This document shows, one piece after another, positions 26,801-42,820 of a DNA stretch of 64,000 bases. The DNA comes from the human T2T-CHM13v2.0 reference genome, Homo sapiens. The stretch lies in the NCBI RefSeq assembly GCF_009914755.1, contig NC_060927.1, one strand, 5' to 3'. The translations under genes were made by a program, and so were the position numbers. Under the pieces are notes generated by a model. The model did not search any database. It saw nothing but the letters and a program-made list of their open reading frames with translations, and had not been told where the DNA came from. Within the stretch, counting starts at the first letter, position 1; every line of letters starts with the position of its first letter.

Positions 26801-28366
26801 TGTAACTTTTCCAACAAGTAAAATCAACATGTAAGACTGCCATTTTGATTCTTCTTTGGTTTGTGGGACCAGTGCTGTGGAAGATAAGAATGAATTAGCA
26901 CAGTGCCTGGCTCTAGGACTCAACACATATTGTTAAATGCATGAATGAAGCTGAACTATATAGAACCAGAGTACTGTTTCCTAGAACAGATAAAGAAGAC
27001 CTTATTACCTCAGACCTCTCAAGAGGTATCAATAGAGAATTTGATGGGGGCCCTGGTTGGAAGTTATGTGAACCTGGGCATGTAACTTCACCTTTTTGAG
27101 TCTGTATTTCATCATCTGAAAAAGCAAAGGTGAGTTTCATGAATGAGCTTTAATTACAGGAAGATTTTATGTGTATTTTTGGGGAAAGAGATGCCATACA
27201 TGGCTTGTGTTGGATTCACAGGAGTCCATGATCCAAGATATGGTTAAGAACCACTGGATATTTCTTTTAAACTATAAGAGTCTGTGACTCTGAGACTCCA
27301 GGGATGATTTTCCTCCCTGGAAGGACAATTGGAATATCAGACCTCACAGCCCTGCCAATTTTGTTACCTTGTAGGAGGCCTGTGGCTGATTGATTTGACT
27401 GAAATGAGGAGGAGAGGATGTTCTTAACTGTCAACCCAGCCTCAGATTCCTCAGCAATTTAAGAACTATTATTGATCTGATCAGCCATTCTGGAACATAA
27501 TTGACCATTGAAAGAGGCAAATCATTGAAAGGCAGCTGTTCCCAACAGAACATGACACTGGCAACATGTAGCCTCTGACACAGCCCTTTCTGTAGAATGT
27601 TTCCTCTCTCTTCTTCCTTTTTTCAAGTGGGCATGTTCATAGTGGACTCTGTCATAAGGTTATCAGAAAGAATAACTAGTTAAAGATGGGGAAAGCATTT
27701 GGTAAGATGAGATACACTTCTGCTCTTAAGGCTATTCTTCAAAACAATATGCAATGATATTTTTGTTGAATGGATACACTCAGCAGTCACTCTGATTTGG
27801 AGATTTGTCAATGATGTAATGCTTGCCAGTTAACATGAGCAGTTATAATGAAAATGTTATAACCCTAGAAGCTATTGTCAGTATAAAACTCTAGCACAGA
27901 AAGCTAGTCCCAGTAATTTATAGTGAGGCAGCACTCTTAATGATTTTTGGCTTCATGCATTAATGAACAGAGATGTAAAGGATAAAGGACTTATAATGTA
28001 ATAAGGAAAACTCAAGAAAAGATTCAGCTCTAATCAAAATAAATTGTGTTTTTAGATTGATTTTCATAAATTCAACCATTATCCTTTATTTATACCAAAA
28101 AGAAATGCATCATGCTAAGCTGATTCCTATCATTCAGAAAAAAAAGGACATTATATTTTTAATATATTTTAATATAATATCCATAAATTGCAAATGTCAA
28201 CTTACAAGAAAGAAAAACCCATATACAGGCAAGAATAGAGCATCTATTCTTGCTAGGAAGAGAAAAAAGAATTCCTATAAATGTCAGTAAATTCCTTTTC
28301 CCTTTTTAAATAGTACTCGTTGTTTAATTGAAGCGTTGATTAGCACCATTAAAAATCCCGCCTAAA

Positions 28367-28675
28367 GGCCAGGCGTGGTGGCTCATGCTTGTAATCCCAG
28401 CACTTTGGAAGGCCAAGGCTGGTGGATCACGAGGTCAGGAGTTCAAGACCAGCCTGGCCAAGATGGTGAAACCCCGTCTCTACTAAAAATACAAAAATTA
28501 GTCGGGCATGGTGGCAGGTGCCTGTGATCCCAGCTACGTGGGAGGCTGAGGCAAAGAATTTTTGGAACCCGGGAGGCAGAGGTTGTAGTGAGCCGAGATT
28601 GCATGACTACACTCCAGCCTGGGCGAGAGTGAGACTCTGCCTCAAAAAAGGAAAAACAAAAAACAAAAAACAAAA
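28367..28675 (+). mobile_element. AluSg-like
   Basis: GGATCACGAGGTCAGGAGTTCAAGACCAGCCTGGCCAAGATGG. Confidence 0.92.
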
Positions 28676-30365
28676 CACCCTAAAATAGCAATTTTATGAA
28701 TAATAGCAATGAAATGTATTATGATTACCTTTGCTTTCTTTCTCCCCCCTCCCAGTTTCTTCTAAATAAATGATGCTTCTTACTCCCCATCAGCCATCTA
28801 AAACCAAGAGGACACAATTTCTTCCAAGAAAGTGCATTAAGAGCTCCAATTTACTTCACTTATAAAGTCCTATAGACAGCACTGTCAAATAATGAGTCAA
28901 GATCACTATTTAGCACCTAACTATTCTAGTCTTGTTCATATCTTAATGTTCTGTTTTTTCAGCATGAAAGCAGAAACTTCTACTCTATCTGCAATTTTCT
29001 TCCTTCCACTGGCAGTGATAATATTTAAAAAGTACTTGGCATCACCCAAATCTGTCTTCCAGTGAAAATCAGAATCCTTCTGATTGTGATTGCTGCCAAT
29101 TTCCTAGAATTGGAACAGACTAAAATATATGGGTTAACTCTGGAGCCCAGGCTAATGGCACAACATATGGTAGGTTGCAAGTAACACAATGTTTAGCTCA
29201 GTCTTCCATGGTATCTGGCAATAGGATGTTACTAATAAAAATTCCTTAAGCTGAAAATTGGCCCAAGTTGCAGTTATTCTGCATGTGCAAGTTGCATCAG
29301 ACTCTATGGTATAGTCTATGGGGGGGTCCTATGATTTCCCAAACTGTCTAATCTCTTCCCATATCATTGCTCATGTTCTCAGGAGAGCTGGCTTAATTTG
29401 TGTTTAAGATGATATTGATTTGTTATTCTAAAAACAATTATTGTTTTGGTTTTTGTTGTTGTTAAGAAACCAATCTGATTCTGCTGCAGTAGAATCTGCA
29501 ATTGCACTGGGGTAGAATTCTTATCACAGTGAGACACCCTGACTGTATAGATGGTAGACCCAAACAAAAACACACAAGGGCATTTACCCGATGTCTTTAG
29601 CCATTTAGGTTATAACACACTTACGTGCCAAAAATCACTTTAATTTTCTGGCATTTTCATGGCAAGATTTGTTGTGCATTCATTCTACAGTAGATATTAG
29701 TAAATCCTGCATTATAGTTAGCTGTCAGAAAGAGTGGGAATTTTGTGGCGGCTCTTCTTTGGCATCTGACACACAGCACAGTATTTTCACTGGAATCTTC
29801 CAAATTATTTTTCTATTTATTGAAATAAGTTCTCACTGCCGAGGCATTACCTCTTGAAAGTTTCATGCTACCCTTAAACGGCTGGACAGAGTGACTGGTT
29901 TTCAAATCTTTTTGGCTCCTGGAATGTAGGCTGAACTCTAAGGGATCCTGTGCTCTTCATTCATTCTTCATAATCATACCTCCCTCACCGTGTGGGTCTT
30001 TTCCATGTCACAGATAAGGAAACTAAGATTCAGGAAAGTTAACCAGTTATCCACAATGACATACCTAATGTGTGGTCAACCCAAGCTAATTCAATTGATT
30101 TGAACCTTTCTATCAGAGTCCCAGGCAGGCTGCACCTCTACATGTCTGACCTTTGGGGGGCTCCCAAAACAGTGATGCAGATTTGCTGAGCTAATATGAG
30201 AGAAGAAGGAAACGTTAAACAGTACATCTGTATCATTGCCATGTATGAGCGTGTGTGATGTAGGAGAAGAGATCGTAGTTTCTAGTTCCAGCTGTTACTA
30301 TATTTCTCTGCTTTTGGGAAGTCACTGTTCATGTCTTTCATTGACTCTTTAGGCAAGAGTGGGTA

Positions 30366-30688
<323 letters not shown>

Positions 30689-31704
30689 TCAACTGCTATG
30701 TTCTTAGGGCTGACACTGAAGGATCCTAACTTGTGTGCTTACATCATAGCCTGGGAAAATGTAGTTTGGGGGTCTCCTTTTCAAGATCCTACTTCTCCAT
30801 CCTACCTTTAAATTTGAGAATCCAGAGTTTCACCCCAAACCTGCTCTTCTCTAGCACTACCTTCTCTGTGGGTGATCTCACCCTTTCTTTGTTCTTGTTT
30901 TAACATCTCTTGTATGATATTAATATAGCCACTCCATCTTGCTTATGGTTGCTGTTTGCATGATATCTTTTTCCATCCTTTTGCTTGCATCCTATTTGTA
31001 TCTTTGAATCTCAAGTGTGTTTTCTGTAGACAGCATATAGTTGGACCTTGTTATGGTTTTTAATTCAATCCAATTATCTCTAACTTTCAAATGGATTTTG
31101 TAATTATTTATGTTTCATGGCATTATTGATAAGGCTAGATTTACCTCTGCCACTTTGCTTTTGGCTTTCTATGCCTCAATTCTTTTTTGTTTCTCTGTTC
31201 CTCCTTTAATGTTTTCCTTTATGATTAATCGATATTTTCTAGTATAACATTTTAATTATTTAATATTTTTTCATAAGGAATTATTTTCTTAGTGTTTCCT
31301 CTTGGGCCTATAATATACATCTTAACTTATCAAAATCTACTTCATATTTATACTAACTTAATTCCAGTGAAACATAGAGACTTTACTGCTATTATACAAC
31401 TCTATTTTCTCCCCAGTTTATAATATTATTGTTCAATATATTCAATTTATATGCTATAAACCCAATGGTGCATTAAAATAATTATTGCTTTATATAATCT
31501 TATGTATTTTACAGAACCTGGAAGAAGGAGGAGATCATGTACATATTTATAGTTTATTATGTAGATCTTAACTATTTGTAATTCACTTCATTTCTTCCTA
31601 TGGACTTGAGACATCATCTGGTATCATTTCCCAAAGCTGCTTTGCTCACACCCATCTCCTTTGTGGTGTTGTTTTCAGATGTACTACATTTCCATACACT
31701 ATAA

Positions 31705-32032
<328 letters not shown>

Positions 32033-32187
32033 TATGTTGACTTTTTAATCTTTTTTTTTTTTTTTTTTTTTTAGTGAGGTGAAGTTCATATAACATAAAA
32101 TTAAACATATCGAAGTACAGAATTCTATATCATTTAGTGCATTCACATAATATTGCATCCGCCATCTTCTTTAGTTTGAAAACTTTT

Positions 32188-32574
<387 letters not shown>

Positions 32575-33280
32575 TCATCATCATGGTTTGTACTCAATCA
32601 CTTCCCATACTCATCTTCTCCCATCCCCTAGTGATCACTAATCTGCTGTCTCTATAGGTTTATCTATTCTGGATATTTCATGTCAAAGGAATATACAATA
32701 TGCGACCCTTGTCTGGTTTATTTCATTAGCATAATGTTGGCATGGTTCATTTGTGTTTTAGCACCTGTCAGTACTTCTTTCCTGTTTATGGTTTAATGTA
32801 TACTCATTGTATGTATATACCATAATTTGTTTATCCATTTACCTATAGGAGATTTGCATTGTTTACATTTCTATAATACCTTTTGGGCATAATGAATACT
32901 GCTGTTTTAAACGTTTGCGTACAAGTTTCTGTGCAGATCAATATTTTCACTTTTCTTGGATGTATACCTAGCAATGGATTTGTGGGTCATATGGTAGTTC
33001 TATGTTTGGCTTTTTAAGAAACCACCAAACTCTTTTCCCTAGCATCTGGACCATTTTACATTTTGACCAGCAATATACGAGGGTTCCTATTTCTCCATAT
33101 CCTGCCAACATTATTATTATTTTTTTTTTCCATAGCCAACCTAGGGGATGTAAAGTGGTATCTCACTGTGGTTTTTATTTACATTTGTTTAATGACCAAT
33201 GAGGTTTAATATCTTCTTATGTGTGTTTGGTTATTGGTATATCTTCTTTAGATAAATATTTATTCAAGCCTTTGCCCATT

Positions 33281-33579
<299 letters not shown>

Positions 33580-36500
33580 CTTTGCTCATTTTTGAATTGG
33601 ATTGTTTGTCTTTTTGAGTTGTAAGAGTTCTTTATGTATTCTAATTACTAAATAGACCCTTATCAGGTGTATGATTTGCAAATATTTTCTTCCACTTCGT
33701 AGATTGTCTTTTCACTCTCTTGGTAATGTTCTTTGATGCCCCAAAGTGTCTAATTTTTCTGAAGTCAAATTTTTCTATATTTTCTTTTGTCCCTCATGCT
33801 TTTGATGTCAAATCTAAGAATCTCCTGCTGCCAAATGAGTTCATGAAGATGTGTCCCTAAGCTTTACAATTCTAGTAGCTTTATATTCTTAGTTCTTATA
33901 GTTAGTTTGTTGACCCATTGTTAGTTTTCATATATAGTGAGATGGGGCCCAATTTCATTCTTTTACATGTACTTATTCAGTTGTCCTAGCACCATCTGTT
34001 GAAGAGACTATTCTTACCCCATTGGATGGTCTTGGTAACTTTGTTGAAAATCAATTGACCATAGATGTTTGGGTTTATTTCTGAACACTTATTTTTTTTC
34101 CATTGGCCCATATGTCTGTTGTCCTGCTGATACCATAGTGTTTTGATTACTGTTGCTCTGTAGTAAGTTTTGAAATCAGAAAATGTGAGTTCTTCAACTT
34201 TTAAAATACTGTTTTGTCTACTTGGGGCTCGTCACGTTTCCATATGAAATTGAGGATTGGCATTTCCATTCCTGCAAGAAGACCATTGGAATTCTGAGAG
34301 GGATGCACTGAATCTGTAGGTCACTTTGGAGAATACTGGTATCTTAACAACATTGAATCTTCCAAACTATTAACATGGAACATCTTTCCATTTAATCAGG
34401 TCTTCTTTAATTTTTTTTTCAGCAATGTTTTGTAGTTTTATGTATATAAGTCTTTCACCTCCTTGGATAAATGTATTCTTAAGTATTTTATACTTTTGCA
34501 TACTATCATCAAAAGGATTTTTTTTCCTTTTTAAATTCTTCATTTCCAGCATATAGAAACACAACTGATTGTTCTGTGTTAAGTATGTACCCCACGACTT
34601 GTTCAGATTTTGTTCTCCTGATATCTGTTAGTTCTTTATCCCTGGATTCTTTCAGCTCTTTGAAAATATTAATGCAGCTAATTTACAGTCTTTTTCTGGT
34701 ATGTTCAATGTTTGGGTTTCTTCATGGATGTTTCCTCTCATTTTTTATTCCCTGTGAGCCACACATTTCTGATTCCTTGTATGCTTTGTTCTTTTTGGTT
34801 GAAAACTGGACATTTTGAACATTGTAATGGGGTAACTCTTGAAGTCAAATTATCTTCCTTTTCCAGAAATTGCTGATGCTGTTCATTGAGAAGTGCAGTC
34901 ATCCGTTTGTTTAGTGACTTTCCTAAACTGTGTTGCAAAGACTATATCCCTTGTCAGGTGTGGCACCGATGTCTCTATTCTGTTATCTCAGCAGTCAGCC
35001 AATGGCCTGGCAGAGACTCTGTTGGATATTTTAACCCAATAAAGAAAGAGTAAATAAGGTGTTTTGCTCTTTTAAATTCCCCCTGACCGATGCTGCCTGG
35101 AAGGCCATTTCAGTCCAAGTGGGTTGAAACAATGGCTAAATCCTGCCCTAGTGCCTCAGTGATCCACGAGGCAAATCAAAACACATGACCCTTAAAAAAA
35201 AATGCAACCCTGATCTTTGAAGCACACGGTTCTTATCTCCAACCTGGAAATAGCAAGCCACACCAGGAACATGAAGTGTCATCCACACAGATACCAGTTG
35301 CCCCAGGGAACAAGAGATGGTAGCTGCTCCATGAAATGCTAAACTTCACCAAAATATATTACTTCAAGCACTCCCCTGCACAGTGCAAGTGTTTGACCAG
35401 GCTCTAGATTTTAAAAATAGTTAATTCTGACAATTAACTCTTTCTCAATAGTTTTTTTTTTTTTTTTTCCAGTGGAGGGACTGATTTTTGGAGCTTCCTA
35501 CTTTGTCACCTACACAGTGACATCCCTCTACAATGTCTTTTACACCTTTACTGCTATTCCTTGGTTTTTTGTGTGGATTCAAATTATTGTCCGATGTCAC
35601 TTGGTTTTCAGACTACAAAAATTCTTGTAGCATTTCTCTTGAGGCAGGTCTTCTAGCAACAAATTCCCTCAGATTTTATTTATCTAGCAAAGTATGTATT
35701 TTGCCTTTCATTTTAAAAGATAATTTGGCCAATTCTTGGTAGACAGTTTTTTTCCCTTCAGCATTTTAAACATATCATTTTATTGCCTTCTGGCCTCTAT
35801 TGTTTGTGATCAAAAGTCAGCCATCTATCCCATTGGAGTTTGTTTGTGATGAGTGATTCACCTTTCACTACTTTCAAGACATTCTCTTTCTCTTTGACTT
35901 TCACATATTTTACTATTATGTGTCTGAGTGTGGTCTATTTGTATTTATTCAACTTGGAATTTGTTGAGTTTCTTGGATAAGCAATTTTTTTTCATCAAAT
36001 GTGGGAAGTTTTCAGTTATTATTTTTTTGAGTTTTTCTACCTTCTCTCTGTGCTTTTCTTCTGGTACTTCTATTACTTGTATGTTGATGTATTTAATTGT
36101 GTCCCACATTTCTCTGATGCCATGTTCATTTTCTTTATTATTTTTTTCCGTTTTTTTTTATGTTGGGTAATCTTTATTATATTCAATTTGCAGATTCTTT
36201 CTTCTGCCAGCTAAAATCTACTTCTGAGCCCATCTAGTGTTTTTTAAATTTTGTTACTTAACTCCAGAATTTTTATTTTGCTCTTTAAAAAATATATATA
36301 AGTTCTGTCTCTTTATTGATATTCTTTATTGGGTAAGACATTGTCCTCATTCCTTCCTTTAATCCTTTAAACATGTTCTCCTATAGTTCTTTGAACATAT
36401 TTATAGTGGCTGCTTTGAAGTTTTAAATATCTAAGTTTATTTAAACAATTACTTTTGACTGCTTTTTTTCTTTTAACATGAGTCACATTTTTCTCCTTCA

Positions 36501-38089
36501 TTAAATGTCTTATACATTTTTTGTTGACAATTGGACATATTAGATAATATATTGTAGCAACTCTGGATATTGATTCTAGTTCCTGTCCATCCCCTACCCC
36601 TCTGCACCTAAGGGGTTGATATTGCTGCTGTTTTCCATGTCATTGATTTATTTGTTTAATGATTTAGTTAACTAACCCTATGAAGTATTTTTCCCTCTAG
36701 TGTGCAGCCTTTGATGTCCTTCCTCATGTTATTTACTTTTTTTAAAACTTTTTGCTGAGTGATTTAGGATCATTCATGAATTGGCATGTAAGCCACTTAT
36801 TGATCAAAAGTTACCCCCTTGGCAATTAAATTTTTTCCCTTTACCACTAGACGTATAAGTAACTTGGAGGCTGCTCTGACAGGTGAAGAAGTTTACACTT
36901 TTGCTCCCTGTCTACCCAGGAACTAGTCGCTTTTTATCCCCCCCGCCGCCCACCCCCCCAATTCACTCCTAGGATGGTGCAGCTTTGAGCATACACACAA
37001 TCTTCCAGATTGTTAGGGATACATGTGGTTTTATTTTTAAGCATAGCTCTTAGGAGTTGCTTCAGGTTTAGAGTAGGTTACTGTTCAGCCAGTGTTTAGT
37101 TGGAGGTTATCTTTAATCCATAGTGCCAGTGCCAGCTTGCATTTTTTTTGTGATGGATCTGTGTGCAGCATGGGAAAGTTTTCAGATTTGCTTCATTTCC
37201 TGTTCTGATGCTCCCAAGTAGGTACAACCAATCACTCATGTACAGCCTTTCCAACCCCCAAGGCTGACTGTGCTCCCAGGAGGACTCTTCTTGGTTGTTT
37301 CTTCCCATGATCCAGTCTAGTAAACCTCTAATTGCTCTGTTGTTGTGCTTGTATTATGGAGCTATGAGCACCCTCTTAATTTCTCTCTACCAAGATTTCC
37401 CTTGTTTTTGACAACACTCTAGAAATGAAATTCTCCATGCTGTGCTCCAAATGAAGTCAGTCTCCTCAGGCAGAGCTACAGCAACCTGCTTTTCCCCCTC
37501 GGCTAAAGCTCTATGCCACTGCCGAAGAGCTCAGGGTGGGAAGAGAAGCCTACTGCTAGAGTGACGAAACTACTCTATGAGCAGACATTAGGAAATGATA
37601 GTGGCCCGTGGTTTTTCTAGATTGACCCTTCTAATATGGGACTCTTGTCCTACCAGCAAGCTGATCAAGAATGATTGGAGTGCAAAATTCTTGGCCTGCC
37701 ACGTCTGAACTATAACTGCTGTCCTTAAAGTGGGGGCTAGGTGGAAGGAGCACTAGTCCTCTCTGAATAGAGCTTCTGCAACATGGGGCTTGTAGGGGAG
37801 GATAGAAAACGTTAGCAGTCCACTCCTTCCCAGATGATTCCATAAGATGGACCTGGCAGAGAAGTGTCATGTCTCAAATGTCACAGACTATCACTGTTCT
37901 TATTGAGATTTAGTAAATATACTTGAGTGTATATTTCTCCAATTATTGTAGGACAATTTCCAGAAGCTTTAAATGATTTTTTAAACCGTAATTTTCTTTA
38001 AGTAAATGGTTGCTTTATGGGGGAGAAAGTCTGCTGGTCTCCCCCTTCCATCATGCCAGAAGTTGGTTTTCTGTCCTATCTTTTAAATG

Positions 38090-38930
38090 TCATCTATGAG
38101 CTCATGATGCGCATGTGCCTGCCTCTAACCTAGCCTTTCACCTGGACACCAGACTTCCATATCCAGCAGACAACTTGTCATCAAGTAGTTTTGGTTTTTT
38201 TTCCTCATAAATGTTCTCTTCAGGCCTTCTTTATCTCAGTAAATGAAACCGCCATCTACCCAGTTCATCAACTCAGAGCCTGAGCATCAGCCTTAATACC
38301 TCCCTCTTGTCAACCACATGTAATCCATTAGAAAGTTTCATTGGGTCTGTCTCTCAAATATGCCTAGAAACTGCTCATTTCTCTCCAGTTCCATGACTAC
38401 TGACTCTGAATCATTCCCCTTCACTTGATCTATTAAAATAGCCTTTTAATGGGCTGTCTGCTTTCACTCTCACTGCCCCTCCAATCTGTGCCTCACACTA
38501 CCCTCCGAGTGATCACTGTATGTATATTTCCCCTAGACATATGCTTTAACCCTGGCTTCAGCCCTGTAGGAACTGGCTGCTCTTTACCTCTCCTTCCAAT
38601 CTCATCTGAAGGCCCTCCCTTGACCTGTGTATTATAGTCACATGGTCCTCTTTGCTAGCGTGCTTTCCTTTGCGTGGAACAGTCTCCTCCTTCTCCCTTT
38701 GCATGCTGGCATTCCTCCTCTTCTCTTCTTGTTTTAGCTTAAATGTCACCCCCTCTAAGATGCTTTCTAGGTGGCTTCTCCTTTGTTGTTCTCTGTTGTT
38801 TCAGCCCATTCATTTCCTTTACAATTCTTGACATGGTTTGTAATTATTATTTGTTTAATGATTTATTCTCTGCTGTTCCTACTAGATGGTAAACTCCAGG
38901 ACAGCAAGAACCTCATAGTTGTTTTGTTAA
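38090..38930 (+). mobile_element. L2 fragment
   Basis: TCTCAGTAAATGAAACCGCCATCTACCCAGTT ... ACTAGATGGTAAACTCCAGGACAGCAAG. Confidence 0.7.
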
Positions 38931-39007
38931 GAACCCTGAAATAAACACTTACAAATAGTAAGAGCTCCCACTTACCAAGCATTAAGTATTTTCAAGAAAT
39001 GTTCTAA

Positions 39008-39132
39008 AATATATATGAATATATATGTATATGCATACACATATTTACACAAAAATATGCATACACATATACACATGTGTATACATTTATATACATATAC
39101 ACTCATGTGCACATTCATGCAAAAGCACACAC
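39008..39132. repeat. Degenerate (TA/CA)n low-complexity tract within a MIR
   Basis: ATATATATG...ATACACATATACAC. Confidence 0.8.
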
Positions 39133-39403
39133 TCATTTAATCTTCACAACAATCCTATGAGGTAGATACTTTTATTATCTTCATTTTACAGCTGATTAAA
39201 CTAGAGCACTGGGAGGATGGGTGACCCGGCCCAGCATCACTCAGTGAGCGAGCTGCTAACCCAGGTTGCTCCAGGGTCTATGCTTGTAAGCATTTCAGCT
39301 GCTTCTCAGTGCAGTGACAGGAACAAAGTGGGTACTCAGTTAATATTTGTAGAATAAATAAACAAAGGGTAAAACAAAATGGAGATGTTATCATCCCTAA
39401 GAA

Positions 39404-39606
39404 CAGTGCTGTTCAGCAGAGCTTTCTGAGATGATGGAAATGTTCTACATCTGTGCTGTCCTATACAGCAGTCACTAGACACACATGGCTACTGAGCACT
39501 TGGGATGCAGCTAGTATGACTCAGAAAATGAATTTTTTGTTTTGTTTAGTTTTAATTATTTAAATTGCCATATTGTGGCTACTGACAACTATAGTAGATA
39601 GTGCAA
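39404..39606. mobile_element. MER3 DNA transposon
   Basis: CAGTGCTGTTCAGCAGAGCTTTCTGAGATGATGGAAATGTTCTACATCTGTGCTGTCC... Confidence 0.82.
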
Positions 39607-41301
39607 TCTAAGATTTTTGAGATGGTATCACTGTAAATGCCTTGAGGTTGACAGTCTTGATAAATCGAACTCCAAAGACTGATGACAGAATTCTCCTCTG
39701 CATTTTTTTCCCTAGTGTCCTCTCCCCCCTAGTTCTTCAAACATCCTTTATCCTCCCACTTTACTTCGTTCCAGCCGATTGAACCAAGCCTCCTTTCTCA
39801 CATGTGGCACTAAAGCCATTTTCCCTACTCTTTCAACAGTGCCCTGAACAGTCCCTACAGAAGCAGTGAAGTAGTCAACAAACATCTCATGTCTACTTGG
39901 GATGGAGCACTGGCTCAGGTCCTGGGGAGGAGTGGAGGGGGACACAAAGACAAGTAAGACAAGGTACCTGTCTAACGGTGAAGTGGGGGAGTTAGACTTA
40001 TACACTAACTCATAGAAAGGGCTCGGTCAAAAGGATGGTGTTGGGGGAGGGTGGGCGTCCAGGTCTGTAGACTCAGAATTCAAAACTGGGGTTCTGGAGT
40101 GCCCGCTTTGCAGAAATTGCTGTAAAATGTCACCAATTTTACTCACACTTGGACTAAAAGAATAAATGAAGTCATGGCTTACTTTAAAAACTGAGCTTAT
40201 GACAGACACGAGACAGTCTTACTGACATCTAGGAAGAGACAACTGGCCTGGATAGAGGGAGCTTATATTTTTTACTCTAATGGCAATACTACTTTTTACA
40301 GAAAAAGAATCAAAGAAATAGTAAATAAAAATCAGACTGACTCGAATATTTAAAAAGAAGAAAAAAAGTAGTGCACGTTAATCCTCCAATTCAGGGGCAA
40401 TTACTATTCATATTCTCAACCATATGTAATAACTGGGGTAGTGAAAATGCATTTCTTTCCTCCCACCATTTGCATACTTGGAATCTCACTTACATTGCAT
40501 GTAGGTTAGAGAAAAAAGATGCTGCTTTGTTTGGATTTTGCTTTTGCTGTGGAATCCATTAGACAGCAATGTGCTTTGTATGTCAAAGAGTAGAAAGGCC
40601 CCATTTCCTCTTTTCAAAATGTTTTTAGCAGAAGTCAACCACTGTATTTATTCCATGAAGTTCTCCATTTGATTACTCAGTGTGTGCTAGCCACAGAAAA
40701 GCAGTGATTTTTTTTTTTTTTTTAACCACAAAGGACTTTCAATCTTAGGATGAGTCTTATAGCATCATACTTTGAAAGTGAAATTTTTAGGCAGTTATCT
40801 AAATGTCACTCTATAAGAAGCATTTAAACGCATAGCAACACCCAGCTGATGTCTAGGAACTTCATTTTTCATACAGATATATTATCAGTGCACTGGTGGA
40901 GTGACTGCGTCTTTGATTTCCCCAAACTTCCTCAAGTTTACTCTTTTCAAAAAACGTAGCTCCTTATGTGCAAAATCAAATGAGATTTCATTTTGATGCC
41001 TCTCTAAGACTTTTCTTATAAATTACACCACAGATTAGAAGGAAAAAGAAAACCCAAACAGCAAACAACTAGATCAACTCTTCCAGTCTACTCTAGACTG
41101 AAGAAAATAGCTCCTAAGACATAAACTCCCTGCTTGTGTGTTAACACCACACTTTCCCAAAGTGTGTTCCTAAGAACACTAGCACCATGGGTTGTAACAC
41201 AAAGAAAGCATTCCGTGGTGAATTCCATGAGGAATTGGAATCTTTTTTAAGACGCAATGGAATCTTTTAAGACTCCATTTTTTAAGAGAGGAAATGGAAT
41301 C

Positions 41302-41593
41302 TTTTTTAAGAGACAGGGTCTTGGTCTGTCACCCGGGCTGGAGTGCAGTGGCATAATCATAGCTCACTGCAGGCTCAGACTCCTGGGTTCAAGTGATCCT
41401 CCCACCTAAGCCCCCTGAGTAGCTAAGAACTACAGGTGTATGCCACCACACCTGGCTAATTTTTAAATTTTTTTGTAGACCTGTGATCTCACTATGTTGC
41501 CTCGGCTGCTCTGAAACTCCTGGCCTCAAGTGATCCCCCCTGCCTTGGCCTCCACAGTGCTGGAACTATAGGTATGAGCCATTGCACCCAGCC
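41302..41593 (-). mobile_element. AluJ
   Basis: AGACAGGGTCTTGGTCTGTCACCCGGGCTGGAGTGCAGTGGCATAATCATAGCTCACTGCAG; AGGAAAT on both flanks. Confidence 0.92.
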
Positions 41594-41804
41594 AGGAAAT
41601 ACAATTTTCGAAAGACTAAACAAGTTTCTAAAATCATGGCACAATTAAGTAGCAAAATTAGAATACAGAGTGGGCTTGTTGGAAAGCGTCAACTATTAAT
41701 CACCATGCCATACTTTTGAGGAGCAGACCCCACACTTGTAACCAGGCCCTTCAATTTATCATTCCTGCAAGTCAAGACTTCACCTGTGAACCAGCTGCCC
41801 TCTG

Positions 41805-41965
41805 CCAGCCCAACTTCGTGGATGTGCAATCTCTACAGTTGCACAGGGTCCCGTGTTTAGTTTAGTACTTTGCTTTTGCTATCTTTAAATACTTAATAAT
41901 TTTTAAACAAGAGATTCCATATTTTTATTTTGCACTGAGCTTCACAAATTACAAAGTCAGCGCTA
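41805..41965. mobile_element. MER91-like DNA transposon relic
   Basis: TGTGCAATCTCTACAGTTGCACAGGG ... TTTTATTTTGCACTGAGCTTCACAAATTAC. Confidence 0.55.
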
Positions 41966-42327
41966 TCCACAGTACCCAAGCTATAATTCATACAAAGCTT
42001 TAAAAGCTGCATGGAGTTTAGCTGAAATTGCTGCCCAGTCCGAAGCTAATTTTGGAAGATGCTGTTCGGTCTTAGGTTATGAAAAACGGTTCTGCCCTTT
42101 TACAACTCCAGCAGGAAGAGCTAAGCTCCCAATATTCCGTCCATTAATGTCCCTGGTGAGAGTCTTCAAAACTCACGAGCAACAATGCAAGAATTTCCCA
42201 GCCTTCAACGTGTGACCCACTTCTACATTATTGACTCCAATAAACTGACCAATTAAATGTTTTTGTGGTCACAGAACTTGTAATTATGTGGTTAAAGATG
42301 TTTCAGATATATCACATTCTTTCACAC

Positions 42328-42820
42328 TGTGGCAGAAACTATTGGTTAAATAACTCAGCCATGTCTATCTTCCTTGTCCAATCTGCACAAAAGAGACTGG
42401 AAAAAAGCTGGACACTTGCTTCTTTCCCATCCTCCTTTGCAGGTAAGCATCGCTGTGTGACTTAGTTCTGGCCAATGAGATGGGAAGGCAGTCTTCTGGG
42501 ATGCAAAAAGCTTTTTTCTTTGTTAATAAAAAGGAGAATGCCTCTATAGGAAAAGATCTTTTTCAATACCACTCTGTTGCCCATTTCCTACCTTGATGTT
42601 GTTTGGAGCTACGGCACCCATCTTGAGATAATAAGGTAAAACACATCACTAGGAAAAACCAACAGCTGAATTTAGAGTAGACAGGATGGAAGGGACCTGG
42701 TGATATTGTGGAGCAATGAACGAATGCTGTCGACTGCCTAGTTAACCTATTACTTGTTTAAATCTCTGATAGGCTATATTTTTAAAATTTTGCAACCAGG
42801 GTTATTCTTAGTCTAAGCAT
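42328..42820 (+). mobile_element. LTR33/LTR16-like ERVL LTR
   Basis: TGTGGCAGAAACTATTGG ... TGTGACTTAGTTCTGGCCAATGAGATG. Confidence 0.6.
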
